Positions 63,423 to 64,000 of a stretch of 64,000 bases of DNA are shown piece after piece. The position numbers and the translations under genes are program-made. The stretch is from Octopus bimaculoides (Eukaryota). The stretch spans positions 9,879,401 to 9,943,400 of the forward strand of contig NC_069003.1 of NCBI RefSeq assembly GCF_001194135.2, given 5' to 3'. Every line of letters starts with the position of its first letter. The first letter of the stretch is position 1. The notes beneath the pieces were generated by a model, which was not told where the DNA came from, searched no databases, and saw nothing but the letters and a program-made list of their open reading frames with translations.

Positions 63423-63579
63423 CTGACAAAGAAAGAAAAGATGTTTTTCTTTTCCCATCAAAGTTTTAGATGTTTTTACAGTGGTTTCTCCACAGGGATA
63501 GTGGCCATGCTGGAGCATTATTTTTTGTAATTTATTAGTCAATATATCAACCCTAGTAGTTTGTCTCGTATTTACCTTA

Positions 63580-63740
63580 TTTTTATTCTCTTTTTGTTTA
63601 TTTTCTCGTGTTCCTTTCTGTTGAAGAGCGTAGGCTCGAAACATAAAAGACTTTCTCACCTACCCGAGCATTAAACCAATACACCTGTTTGTTGTTTACA
63701 CACCTGTCTTTGTCTTTTATTTTTTTTGTAAATTCCAACT
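63580..63740. mobile_element. Penelope-like terminal-repeat relic; inverted homolog at 37415-37570
   Basis: Shared about 150 bp including GAGCGTAGGCTCGAAAC; a different TA-associated relic family at 7200-7330 / 52340-52425. Confidence 0.5.
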
Positions 63741-64000
63741 ATACATATATGCATACATACATGCATATAAATATATATATATAAATATATATACACACAT
63801 ATATGTGTAAATGTATATAAATAGCTTATTGGTAATTTTCAACCTTTGACCCAAACACTCAGCTGGTTTATTAAGTGTAGAAGAGGAAACAAGTAAAGGG
63901 GCCTGGGCCTAAAGGGACCTAATTGTAGAAGACAACAACAGCAACAACATATCTTTTGTCTTGTACTTGCTTCAGTCACCAGACTGTGGCCATGCTGGAA

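Larger units (their letters stand above)
1..64000. repeat. Very dense simple repeats: (TA)n, (CA)n/(TG)n, (CAT)n, (TAA)n, (CT)n 59311-59367, (GATA)n 40435-40470, (GGAT)n 15548-15575
   Basis: Directly visible; the source of almost all HTHT/YIYI/CVCV ORFs in the track. Confidence 0.95.

Noticed and set aside
63159-63659. 166-aa single-exon ORF
   Set aside because: Only 63284-63422 is ZC2HC1A-like; the flanks are intronic repeat sequence that happens to be open.

Overview
AT-rich, microsatellite- and SINE-saturated animal genomic DNA from a draft assembly with 12 N-gaps. The repeat families and composition look like an octopus (coleoid cephalopod) genome; this is an inference, not something the sequence proves. 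Three spliced protein-coding genes were reconstructed by hand with GT-AG boundaries and consistent intron phases. (1) HS1BP3 (PX-domain protein, minus strand): exons at 33965-33990, 6599-6761, 3418-3625 and 2576-2684, a 27.2-kb first intron, 3' end outside the window. (2) UQCRB (complex III subunit 7, plus strand): complete, 4 exons, 336 nt/111 aa. (3) ZC2HC1A (C2HC zinc-finger protein, minus strand): last 6 coding exons at 54691-63422, 5' end outside the window. HS1BP3 and UQCRB are head-to-head with only 324 bp between their ATGs. The rest is a layered transposon landscape: a decayed full-length piggyBac nested in an older TTAA element, a Merlin-like MITE carrying TTAGGG repeats, mariner/Tc1/maT/hAT/pogo relics, RTE and APE-LINE fragments, at least six SINE-like families, Penelope-type relics with hammerhead-ribozyme-like motifs, and many long intronic foldbacks. 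No CRISPR array, rRNA or genuine tRNA gene is supported. I did not find a clearly new multi-gene system. The best leads are the compact bidirectional gene pair with possible deep synteny, the ribozyme-like motifs, and dsRNA-forming structures next to exons. All alignments and counts were done by eye, and family names and human gene positions are from recall and need database confirmation.
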